From NCBI GenBank assembly GCA_023515725.1, contig JALDTO010000266.1, forward strand, positions 568,708 through 632,707: 64,000 nucleotides of DNA. The letters run 5' to 3'. The notes below the pieces were generated by a model, which was not told the DNA's origin, made no database searches, and saw nothing but the letters and a program-made list of their open reading frames with translations. Positions 41,958-53,378 of this stretch are shown here, in pieces (position 1 is the stretch's first letter; every line of letters begins with the position of its first letter). The stretch is from Amoeboaphelidium protococcarum X5 (lineage: Eukaryota > Fungi > Aphelidiomycota). A program made the translations under genes and the position numbers.

Positions 41958-43973
41958 TCAATCCTCAGTCAAAGTTGGCAATTTCTTCTACGCAGCATTT
42001 TTAGCACGCGTATTAGGTCTTCTGCTAGACGGACGTATGTTTTTAACAATAGGATCCACCAACTTAATCTTAGATTTCTCCTTTACTATCTGCAAATCCT
42101 GAGTGGCTTGATTATTAACTTCTACCTGTTTAGACACAGAAGTTATGGAGACATCCGACTTCAATGATGTCTTCTACTATCCAAGAGGATTAGGAGCGGC
42201 CTATGCTGGAGATCCAAACACAGTGGACTCGAATTTATCCATTAAGAGAGAATCTTCCATAATCTTCTCCATTACTAAAGACGGAATGGTCGCGACATCT
42301 AAATGCAAAGCCTTGCAAATCTAATTGCACTAGTGCATAACGAAGAACTTCACAATTGCTGGTAAACCCATATTGCCAATACTGCAATCGGTGCCATTGA
42401 CAGTGCACACCTAAAGATCTGTAAAGTGACACTTAGAGCCTTGAATATCAACTATCATTTACTCGTAGTTCTCCTTCTCAAACCAATAATAGGAGTAATG
42501 GGCAAAAGCCCAGGCCACTTCTTCACGAAAGTTCTCCTCATAAGTCTGATCATCATCACAAATTTGCATAAAATGCTCGTTGTCGATATACTTCACAAAT
42601 TGGCCATCTACGAAGGGTTCAACTGTCCATATCTTTGCTAGATCCACCATATCACCAAATTCCTCATTTTATTTGTCTCTAATCTCCAGCATCACGCCAG
42701 CACAAACTCCACGCTACTCACCAGCAACCTATAGATATTCTTAACCCAGCAGCGTCTTAATCAATTCCGCGTCAAAATCTAGGAAGCACCTTTGAGCGCA
42801 AACAGAGTTTAATATTTCCCTAGCATGTAATCCATAATCATCGTCATCCTTATCAATTGCGCACTTAAAGACTACTGGCAGATCTGGAAAAAACTTGACC
42901 AGAGATCCATTATAGTAGCATCTTTTTATATTCCCTTTGTTAGTCTTTCCTGCCAGATCTGGCATTCCAACTACTCCTGGATCCTCAGTGAACCAGGAGC
43001 CTGTTTCATAGTCGTAGACATGCACAACCACACTGCCTTACAAGGAGCGCGTATTTTTTATTACACGCTGAGGGGACACCTTGGAAATGTTTTCAAACTA
43101 GCAAAACTTATTCTTATGTTCAATCTAACTATTTCTCGCAACATTTGAACTGACAGGTATGATCGTAGACTCCTGCGCAGATTTGATCTTTTTGACAGGC
43201 TTGACAGGTTGAATAATAGGCTCATCTAAAGTACGCGTCGGTTCAACAATTTCAAAATCATCCTTATCCTGCATCTTCTCATCTGGCAAACCATACTAGT
43301 AATCAAAGTCCTCGACATTCAAAAAATTCAGCTACTGTAGAGACTCATAGTTTCTCTTTAAACTAGGATGCAATTACACGCGATTGCTTTCAACCAACGG
43401 AATCAAATATAGCACCTTATCCTTATTAGAGGTATACTTACATCCTGCCAATTGAATATTCTGGGTCCATTATATTACGTCAAAATCAACTCCAAATTAG
43501 GGGATTTGGTGGATTTGACTTTGTCCAATTGACGATTGCTCAACTTGATAGTGAAACAATGCACAAGCTTATGCTAAGACAGATTGATAATTGTCATTAT
43601 ACTTGTCAATCTAAATCATCTATGGGCCAACATTTTCCAGACGCTTAAATTATCCAACCTTTGATCCTGAAATACAAGGGACAATGCTAATTTGCACCAG
43701 CGCGTTTTTACGCGTCAAACCTCTATTTCCACTACCAGGACCGTTTCTATGAACAGGGGGCGGCGGCTTAGTCTGGTATCCACTGTGCAATCTATTTACC
43801 ATTGACTCGGTTCTTGTCTGCACCGCAAGCTTTTTCTTTTACTCAAATTGCATTTGTGAATGCATCAACTAGGCTTGCGCCTATTGCCAAGATTTACATC
43901 CAGCACAATGACAGTCCTCCCTTTTGAGTCCGGACGAATTGGGACATAACACATCTTACAACGGATTAAACAT
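41958..43973 (-). CDS. Transposon-borne alpha-kinase (eEF2K/MHCK family) protein, 671 aa
   Basis: KGNIKRCY, VVFK, EPFVDGQFVKYIDN, AFAHYSY, MIVDIQG, FTDL[TAG=Q]V, GNMG..AIVKFF.MH[Q]CN[Q]ICKAL; single frame ATG 43973 to TGA 41958. Confidence 0.9.
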
Positions 43974-44722
43974 GCTTGATACTGATTCTATTCAAAAGAC
44001 ACTAGGATATAGATATCAACTAAAGAGATTGCGTATATTTGTCGCGTTTTAGTTATCTGAACTATGAGAGCTGTTATTAATAATATGATTGCGTAAGATC
44101 TTAGAGTGGCGTAAGGGGGGTGGCGCAGCAAGTAATGACAACACTACGGCGTCCCAATGCTGCATTGCTTATACCTGTATGCTTATCTCGCAAATAAGAT
44201 TGTACGTTGTTAAAAAGTAGTTTAGTGAATAGTGTGTAAGAGATAATAAAGTATCATTCAGTATCAAAACAATTTATCACAAATAATCGCTTACTTACTG
44301 TTAAATTGCAAGCGCAAGTTTCGAGATTAACGCATCAAGCAATCAGTTGTGACAAAGATCGAGCAACCACTACTCACAAACAGTTTGCAAATTTTTGCTT
44401 GAGGTTTGGTGCATATATTTCTTTACTAGAGAAGCGGAGCAAATACTGCTATATTAAAAATCTTGAGATATTTACACCAATACTGCTGCAGTTGCGCAAG
44501 TTGCACATTAAAGTAAAGCAACACACACACGGTGCATGACTAATACATTTGATTTTGCAGCATGATATAAATAAGAAAGTAATCACAAAAATTAATCAAT
44601 TTGTTAAGTCGCATTCGCGTATTACAAGTGCAAAAACGTTATGTATTAATGTGAGGCACTGATTGCGGCTCTCGAACATTAAAAACAAAAACAGTTGTAA
44701 GAAACAAATATTCGTTTCTGCT

Positions 44723-44763
44723 TTTTAAATAGCGACGCGCTTTTGCGGCTCTCGGATTCCGTA
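44723..44763 (-). repeat. Right terminal inverted repeat (41 bp)
   Basis: Reverse complement TACGGAATCCGAGAGCCGCAAAAGCGCGTCGCTATTTAAAA; its internal 12-mer TTGCGGCTCTCG recurs at 44663-44674. Confidence 0.9.
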
Positions 44764-44769
44764 TCCGAC
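44764..44769. repeat. Right target-site duplication TCCGAC
   Basis: Identical to 40272-40277, directly abutting the right TIR. Confidence 0.92.
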
Positions 44770-44819
44770 TTTGTTTCATGAGAAGTAATCAATTACGATA
44801 ATTGCATACAGTAGATAAT

Positions 44820-45921
44820 ATGGCCAAAAGAAATTAAAATGTGGATGTTCTAGCCAGAGCCCTGGTAGGAGAAAGAGAAAGTTATCAGGGCGCAGTCAGT
44901 AAGTGTATGTCTATCATACTGTCTATACATAGTTTGTAATGAGTTATTGTAGGATCCGATTTCTAACTTCACATGTCCTCAGTCAATGATCCCAGCTTTA
45001 AAAAGCTATAAAGAGTAAGCTTCATTAGAATTATGACGATAATATTAACATTTAATGTAGATGCTGACAATGTGGGTGAACAATACAACCAAAGGTGGAT
45101 CGACGAGCGTAATTGATCTTGTTTCAGATCTGGCGGATGGTTAGATTTTGGCCAACTTTCTATCTTTACTCACTGGAAAGCCACTAGAACTTCCACCTGC
45201 CATTAGTGATCGTGCCAGGCGATAGAATTTTCAGCTCATAATCAGCTTCATCTAAAGGGAGCTTAGTCTCTCGGAGAATGATCAGTGGTCTTTGCAAGGT
45301 CTCTTTGAACGTGATATCTCCTCAACTTACTGCCTGTTGGTAGATCTCGCTCATGCTCTTCAGTGTCCATATCAATTGCCATCTAATGTATCTATAGCGA
45401 TTGTTCATACAGAGTCGGTAAATGGTATTAAAACTAACAAGACTCGTAAGGTTCAATTGACTAAAGATGAGAAACTATTCTACCGTCCAGATATGATTGG
45501 ATCTAATCAGAATTTGAAAGGTTCTGTACTATCTCTCACAGAAGACCCATTTGACGCGTTATTCGACTCTAATCATGAAAGGGAACTGGAACAAGTTAAG
45601 CATTTGGTTACTGAATTTCTGAAGACCCACCTGGCCAAAGTTGATCGATAAATTACAGACTTGGCTCAGGACATGCACGATGGAACGAATTTTGTACTCC
45701 TGATAGCTGTGCTGAGTAACTTTTTTGTGCCTCTTAACAAATTCTCAATCAATCCACAGACTAATGAAGACAAGCTGAAAAATGTTCTATTTCTGTTGAA
45801 AATGCTGGAGCGTCTAGGAATTCCTGGCTCAAAATGGAACGCAGCTGATGTGGTCCGCAAAGATTTGAAGATGATCCTTAGATTGAGTTTTGATATTTTC
45901 AAATCATTCAACGCCAATTGA
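44820..45921 (+). CDS. Parvin (tandem calponin-homology protein of the ILK-PINCH-parvin complex)
   Basis: SVNDPSFKKL..MLTMWVN, DLVSDLADG[Q]IL, DPFDALFD, ITDLAQDMHDG..FVLLIAVLSNFFVPL, DVVRKDLKMILRL; two introns ending TGTAG (44952, 45060). Confidence 0.88.
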
Positions 45922-46002
45922 ATATTATGAAGATATCAAACTATAAAAGCGTTTAATGCATGTTGAAAAATAGTAGTCGAAATATATGAATATTATTTGA
46001 AA

Positions 46003-47448
46003 TCAAACTTAATTCAAAGCTGATTATGTTGAACTCTACCACTCCTCGGTGTACATTATTCGTCGTGCAGAGTTGAACCAAGGTCCATTCTTCATCCGTA
46101 ACTCTTATTCCGCGTTTAATTCCCCCACCATGAGCATACAACACAGCATACACGGGAATATACAACAGCTACAGCACAGAACTATTCCGAATAGAACAAA
46201 CACCGGAATCATGATAGTACCCACTGCATATTAGAAACCAGGACCGGTTGATAGGAGATTATTTAATCGCTAAATCAACATACCAATGACAGCCAAAGCA
46301 AATATACAACCAATCGCTACAATGATTGTGATAAAAGTCACAAATCTCTTTATGGAAATCCGTTCCCTCTATGGCAAATGTCCAGCACGTAATCGATACT
46401 GGATCCAAGGTGAAAGTAACGCTATAGCACACATCAGATATAGAGGAATAAAGACAACTGCCCAATTAGTGAATTACTAATCTGCTTGTCTAACAATCAA
46501 TATCGCCAATACTATTCTCAGTACCTAGTACTTGAATGTATTTATAACGCGTAAACTGGCGGTAATGAACTTCTCTCTCATTGAATTAAGATGACCAAAT
46601 TCCAGTGATTGCCATAAAGTCAACAAAGACTCTACAAAGTGTATTCCCTCCAGTACGAACCAAGGCACAAACACAACAGCCCAAGACATTGCTCCACTAT
46701 TCTCCAATTTAATCACAATCAAAATTTAAAATACACAGAACAACACGTACTAAATTAATCTTTTCCACGCAAGTATACTCTCCAATACCTTCTTACTGGA
46801 GAGTCTATTGAATAAAAAAGACTCCTATTACTAATGTTGGGGTTACGCGTTATCACTATCAAAATCCAAACAATCTTAATCCACCCCATTATACGTATTT
46901 TACTGCTGCATATTTACAACTTCACTATCCTCATAATCAGTTTAAAGACTTTCATCCTGATCTTGAGATCCAAAATAACGCGCAAATACAAATATACCGC
47001 CAACCACGTCCAAAATCCAAATTGGAATAAACACCACGGCCCAATTCCATTAAACATGACCATCAGCTTTCAGGACTACAAATATCGGGAAGAGAAGTAA
47101 TATAAGAAGCAGTACGGAGACTACACATAGGAGAGTCAGCAATAATCCCTACGATTCAGGATCTAAGAGAAACGAGGCAGACTCTCCCATCTGATTATAC
47201 ATATCCACACCAAATTAGCCATGCTGATCATAAATCCTCCTCAACTTTTCATTTCCCAATACATCCCAAGCAGCATTAATTTTCTGAAATTAGGCACCAG
47301 CCTCAGCAGATTAATTCTTATCAGGATGGTACTACAACGCAAGTCTGCGATACTACCGCTTTAATTCGTCAGCTGATGCATCACACTCACACTATAATAT
47401 TTCATACAGCTCCAAATTGTTGCCTTCTGATTACAACGGGAAATCCAT
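46003..47448 (-). CDS. J-domain protein fused to a TMEM185/Fam11-like polytopic domain with a C-terminal Cys string
   Basis: J domain LYEIL..YRRLAL[Q]YHPDKN..F.KIN.AWDVL..RRIYD; repeated L+.DG...W.W.VVF.P.W motifs; VLCCSCCIFPCMLCC. Confidence 0.82.
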
Positions 47449-47683
47449 AATTTTTTTTGTTAATTTAAATAATCTCTCGACGCAGGATAATATATCGCCG
47501 TATAAGATTCAGGCTGATTGAAATTGAAGCTGAGAGAGAGAGAGACTTTAACGCGTTTGTTCTCTTTCCAATCAGCAAAAGGGAAAAAGCTCTCCTGCTA
47601 TCTAAAGGCGTTTCGTCACAAAGAGGGCGCCCGATCACTGAAGGGAATTGTCATTAGACTCTATAGGTTGATCCAAGCTCAGT

Positions 47684-49215
47684 ATGACAACTATTGAATC
47701 GATTAAACAAGATTTAAAATCTTACATTCAACAGTTACTATTACCTGCAGAGAGTAACCATTTATTCGTTGTTTGTTCTCTAGAATTTATTGCGGTACTT
47801 TGTTGTAGTACATCATGGAGGTTGGTAATTAAGTTATTGCAGCAGATTGATGGTTCGTCTGGACACTTTGATTGATCAACTTGTAAATAAGTTCTAAGAG
47901 GCATCAGTAGACTAGATGTAAATTGACGCTTAAGATTATAATGATATTTCTATGATTGATCAACTAAAGGTATTCCATCTATACACTGTAGTTTGCATAA
48001 AATGCTCATTTGTTAAAAAGAAATGACATTATTGTGTAGAGTGACGCGTTGATTCTCATTAGAAAGGCACTGCAGCAGCAGGTGATGGAATATTTAACAT
48101 TCCAATCTTGTGTTGATAATTATGCTTAGCAGGAACCCGTTCAGATTACACCTCAGATGCTTCAATAGATTGCCACTGATCTCGGTATTGAGTGCTTTAT
48201 TGATCAAGATTCAGTGCCTGGTGGTTAGATGGTCACTCTTGCAGGATCTACTCTGGTTGTGGACGTGACATCAACTGGCGATTAGTAGTCGTTCTCTGTC
48301 GATTTAATATTTCCCACAGACACTTTTAAAGATGAAGATGGCTACGTTGCTGATACTTTTAAATCTAATCTCGAAAATGGATAAAGATCAATGCTGATGC
48401 TGAATCTACAAATATTCTTTGAATGGGATAAGATTTATTCGGAATGCAATATGTTTGATCATTTGAAGTCGATTCTCACTCAATTCAAGTAATTGACTCC
48501 CTCTGAGGATGTGAAATTGGTGAATGGTTTTATGGTACCTGTACTTGAAATCTAAACAGGTTCTGAAGGTAATTACTTGATTGCGTATACTGACAGTCTT
48601 TTGGAACGTGATATTTCTCTAAACAGTTTGTGTAGAAATATACCTTAGAATGTAATTGATTCGATCGGGTCAGAAAGTTGATTCATGTTTGGTGTTATCC
48701 CAACCAACAGTGTTTTGTTAAGCAGCCTATAGTTAGTTATGCTAATTTGTCAATTTGGAAGAATAACAGTTATCGGGGATGTCTTACACTGAGAGATTAA
48801 ATGTAGGCTTTCCTTTATGATTCTCAGTGTAATTATTACGCGTGTGTAGCTTCATAATATTAATACTTGTCTCTCCGCACAACTTATGACACCCTGTGCT
48901 GTGGTTCATAATATTCTTCTGAACGATCGCTCCGTACTGTTTGAAGTTTTAAAGATTGTCAAGGCTTAGGTCTCTCTTAATCGCTTGTTGGAGGAATGCA
49001 CTGAATTTGGTGACGCGATTGCATAAATGTCACTTGATGAGAATCTCTTATTGAAATTGTAATTGGCATCCGATTCCATAAAACTGTCCGTAGACTTGTA
49101 ATCTATGCAAGTATATGTGAATGGTGCACCGATTGAAGACGTCGTTCCATAATCACTCTCTTTAAAAGACGCGATTGCAATTGTGAAACAGAAAGTCTAA
49201 TAATCGTCTTGTTGA
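47684..49215 (+). CDS. Probable Mediator subunit Med1
   Basis: Four GT..TGTAG introns give a continuous frame; L[Q][Q]IATDLGIECFID..VTLAGSTLVVDV, NL.IFFEWDK..NMFDHLKSI and VLKIVKA[Q]VSLNRLLEEC resemble the Med1 core; exon boundaries inferred. Confidence 0.62.
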
Positions 49216-49427
49216 AACCATCTCTCGCCTGTTTCACTCGCTTCTTCTCTATTTCGTGTTTTCATCTTTCCGGTTTCTTCAGGCTTGAAACAATTTCATT
49301 GACGTACAACTCTATTCATTCATTTCATTTCATTTACAGTATCTGCCTTTTGGAGGTTTTTATTTATATTCTATCAGTGGTCTTTCATTCTAAGTGTTGG
49401 TGGTAAAAAATATCATACAAGAAAGGA

Positions 49428-51368
49428 ATGGAAAGAGTTTTGAAGAATTGGGTGTCGTCATATCAAGATAAGCTGGGTGGTAAAATTTCATCTGCTGTGG
49501 ACTTGGAAACTTTTAGTTTGGAAGTGGATGGCGCTTGTGAATGGCTGAATGATTACGTGGAGAACATTGTGAGTGGACACTTTTAAGATTTTACGCAGCT
49601 CTTGTAGACTCCTGCTACTAATAAAAAGAAGAATATCCATAATCAAGACTAGGCAGTTTAGTAAAATTTTGACTCTGTATCTGTACCTCAGTTTGCATAA
49701 GAATAGATTACAATTCCGGATCGACGTGTGCCTGTTATCAGTGGAGGTTAATTATTTGACATTGCCGAGGCTTCCTTTGAGTCTGTTGTGTAAAAAGAGA
49801 ACTCTTTTGATATTCAATAGCAAGTACCTAAAAGAAGTTTTGATGTTGCTTAACAAGATGATATTCATGAATCCACTGGCATCTCGTACTCTAGTAGTAA
49901 TAAAAATAGTAATAACAAGAAGTAGAAGACTGGATAAAAGAGCAATCTTACAGATTAAGCAAGTCATTTGCAAGAGAATCAGAGAGAGATTGAGAAGTTA
50001 TTGAGTAGCTCTATTAACTCTTTTGGTGATTAGTCCAACAACTCTCGCGGTGATGATAATCGCTCTAATAAGAGCAACAGCAAGAGTCGCTATGAAGAAG
50101 CTCATCCTGCGTCAGATATCCTATCTTTCACCGCCTCTGACGATGATGCATCTATTCTGCAGTAGCTGGATGGAAATGTGTTGCCTGGTACGCTAGAAGT
50201 TGAAAAGTTGATGACTGTACAAGAGGAGGAAGAAGAAGAGGATGAGTAGGAGTAGTATGAAGAAGCCAATTCTGACGGGGAACATGATGTCTTGAATGAG
50301 CAAGAGTCAAAGTTGAAGTAAAGTGTAAATGTGGAGCTTCCAGATGAAACTGTAGGCCATCAATCTTAAAATGTATCTGATAAACCATAATCCAGTCAGT
50401 CAAGTCAATTTGCAAGTTCTAAGAATGTTAGTGCCAAAGATAATGATAGTCAAAAGAAGAATGTTAAAGGTAACATTGTGAGTGCGAACAAAGCTGGTCA
50501 GTTTGTGGATAGTATAACTAAAGTTGCTAGAAAGACGGCTGTAAATTAAGGAAATAGCAGTTCCAACAGTAAGAAGAATCTTCATGTAAGTGGAAAAGTA
50601 TTGAGTCGACCGCTTGGAAATCCTGTAAAGACTGCAGCATAACGCCGTGAAGAAGAGGAATAAGCCAGGCAGGCAATGTTACGTAAACGGGAAGAGGACA
50701 AGGCCAAGAGAATGGAAGCTGCTTTGGAGGCTAAGCGGAAGGAGGAAGAGTTGGTGCGCAGGAAGAACTAGGAACGACAAGCCAAAGTATTGTAGAATAA
50801 GGAAGCAGCAGCAAAATTGCAGTAAAGTCAGCTTTAATCTTAAACTCAGGTGAAGAAGACTCTAAAGGGTACTACAGTGACTGTTTCCAATGCTGTAACT
50901 GGAAAGACAAATCTGCATAAAACCAAGTAGACTCCGGCAAAGAGGAGTGAAGAGTAAGAGAATGTGCCTCAGCAGTCGCCTGCTCTTGATCCGCATGTGA
51001 CCATATTGAACAAGAAGAATGGCAAGTACGTGATTCCTCATATTCCAAGTGATGATGAGTATGAGAGTGACGATGGATATGCATAGTAGAAAAAGGCAAG
51101 TACTCGCCTTCCACAGTGGGCCAACAGTCCTAATCTGAGGAAGGCTCTGCGAGATTAACACAAGTTTGACCCGGATGCTCTATTTGGCACGATTCCGCCT
51201 ATCAGAATGGAGTCAATTTTCTCCACTTCAAAGTCAATCAGCAGTTTCCGTGTGCGAACAAGCTCTGCCAACTGGTCTCAAGATAAACTGACAATGCAGG
51301 AGATGAAAACATACCGCATGATGATGGGATTCCCCGCTGAGCCTTCTAGTGAAAGAAAGTCTGGTTGA
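49428..51368 (+). CDS. Inner centromere protein (INCENP/Pic1/Sli15)
   Basis: N-terminal WLNDYVENI..F.QLL[Q]TP; central charged helix; IN-box LPQWANSPNLRKAL..DPDALFG.IPPIRMESIF..FRVRTSSANW. Confidence 0.9.
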
Positions 51369-51554
51369 GCGTTTGTTAATAAATAATCTGTTCTCTATGC
51401 AATCGATGTTGATGATACTTAATCACTGAAAAGCTTGATAGCTGACGCGAATTTTAGATTTATCATTAGGACGCTTCATGTTCTTCGGGGCGAACAATCT
51501 TCATTAACTCTCTCATTCTTTCTATTGTTTTCGAGCGCAAGAAATATATATAAA

Positions 51555-51953
51555 ATGGAAAACATTGGTGAAGACTCGGGTCATATATTAAAGAAAGAGG
51601 ACATTTAATCGCTTATAAAGCAGGTGGACTAGAGCTAGAATATTGAGCCTGATGTTGAAGATGTTCTGCTCTCGATCGCAGATGACTTTCTAATGAATAC
51701 CATCACTGCTTCTATTTCGTTGGCCAAGCATAGAAATAGTGATACGCTTGAAGCGAAAGATCTTGCGCTGGCTCTTTAAAGTCAGTATGGAATTAGATTG
51801 CCTGGATTCGGCGGTCTCTCAGCAGCTCAGTCCCTGTAATCTAGTATTTAGCCGTCCGTTAGTGGTGGTGGATCTGCAGACTAAAAGAAAATAAACGCTC
51901 ATCAGTAACGACTAACTCAAGTGCGGAAAGCCATTAGAGATAATAAGAGATGA
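51555..51953 (+). CDS. TAF12: TFIID/SAGA subunit TAF12
   Basis: LIKQVD...IEPDVEDVLLSIADDF..SLAKHRNSDTLEAKDL.L.L...YGIRLPGF; AHQ[Q]RL. Confidence 0.92.
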
Positions 51954-52030
51954 AGTGAATGTACAATGTATAAACTGAAAATTAAAGATCTTAATTTAAA
52001 GTAGGAAACTACATATACAAAATGATTTAT

Positions 52031-52897
52031 TCATCTCTTTGACACAAGAACAATTATGAGAATTGCTAAAATAATGGCAGCGACTATCAGTAGGAAGCAC
52101 ATCCTATTACGCGCCTTCTTCTAGTGTCTCTCCGCAGTGTTCAACTCCACTACGGCATCTCCCATTCGAGTGGCACTAGATTCAATGTTGGACTCAATAT
52201 TGTCAATCATCACACCTTGATCCACAACCAGAGTGCCCAAATCACGAAATATTTCATTCACCTCAACAATACTCTTCTCCAGGTGTGCAATAGACTCTTC
52301 ACGCTCTTGGATCAACTCTGTCGTGTACTTTATCTCGTTATCGAGGAGGGCGGTCTAATTCGCTGATTAAGTCATTGTCGTCAGTTCACGTCCAGGTCCG
52401 ATGGGAGAGGACATTAGCGGCTCTTACTCCTACAATCGATCCAACTCTTCCGGAGGCAGAGATTACTACTACCGCTATGAATTTAAATCTCGCTAATGGC
52501 TGACAGCTTTCTACAAGGCAGATTTACTTTAACGCGCCATAACCTTCTGGATCTGCTGAAATTCACTCAACACCCTCTTGAAGTCTCGATTCAATTTATC
52601 AACATCAGTGGACGCGGTAGTAGCGGAGACGGTGGACTAATGCTGCCTCACAATCTCCATAAAGCGCTTACATTAGTCCTATGTACTCGACACTAAATTC
52701 TCCCTCTTATCATGTGCATTAGTCTGCGTCAATAGTCTCTGCAGTGTGGATACATTTGAGTTGATGGAATACAGCAACTCTCGCAATTACTTTACAACAG
52801 ATTAATCTCCAGACAGAGGTGATCGACCGCTTCCACCTGGAAATTTCTAGCTGTTATTATTATTGCTATTTCCTCTTGATTATAGATCAAATGACAT
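52031..52897 (-). CDS. Endosomal/vacuolar Qa-SNARE (syntaxin-7/12, Pep12/Vam3-like)
   Basis: IQEREESIAHLEKSIVEVNEIFRDLGTLVVDQGVMIDNIESNI SNARE motif plus C-terminal TM anchor. Confidence 0.92.
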
Positions 52898-53261
52898 TTT
52901 CCAAAATTAAATAAAGCCGTAATCAATAATTTTAGTTTTAATCACTCAATCAATCACTAAGAAAGAAAAGGGGGGACTTGACTTGTGCATCAAATCATCG
53001 AGTTGGCCAATCACCACCTGATCATAAAAACCTGCGATTTCACATCCCGTCTCTCTGACTCTTACATATAGCCTCTGTAAATCAATGCAGCTAACAAGCA
53101 ATATAAAACGTTTTCATTAAAACTCATAGAACACGTAAATAAGCAGCAAAAAAGCTCAAGTATGTTATGAGATATACGTTTCAGCACTGTATGTGAACGG
53201 AACAGAGAAGCGACGCGCGCGTGAAACGAAAAATCATTTCGACAATCGAAGGGAAAGGGAC

Positions 53262-53285
53262 AGAGAGAGAGAGAGAGAGAGAGAG
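53262..53285. repeat. (AG)12 microsatellite in the divergent syntaxin/PSY2 promoter
   Basis: Perfect AG run. Confidence 0.9.
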
Positions 53286-53378
53286 GAGCTCTTGTCTCAA
53301 CTTTATCGACGTTTTAGAGAGAGTAGTACTTTGAACGTCACTTTCATTTAGATTATAGTGAAGGATAACTCGAACAGA

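Larger units (their letters stand above)
40278..44763. mobile_element. Intact IS3EU-type DNA transposon (4,486 bp) carrying a transposase and an alpha-kinase cargo gene
   Basis: Perfect 6-bp TSD TCCGAC (40272-40277 and 44764-44769); imperfect 41-bp TIRs starting TACGG (33/41 identical); two convergent uninterrupted ORFs. TAY termini, 6-bp TSD and two-ORF layout are the described hallmarks of IS3EU. Confidence 0.93.

Noticed and set aside
44306-44539. Third ORF inside the transposon
   Set aside because: Short, with a non-ATG start and no recognisable features; more likely regulatory DNA.
40278-44763. Fanzor/TnpB-like RNA-guided system or bacterial IS3 contamination
   Set aside because: No RuvC or Zn-ribbon motifs; the cargo is an alpha-kinase, both ORFs use the host code, and the element is embedded between eukaryotic genes with a TSD.
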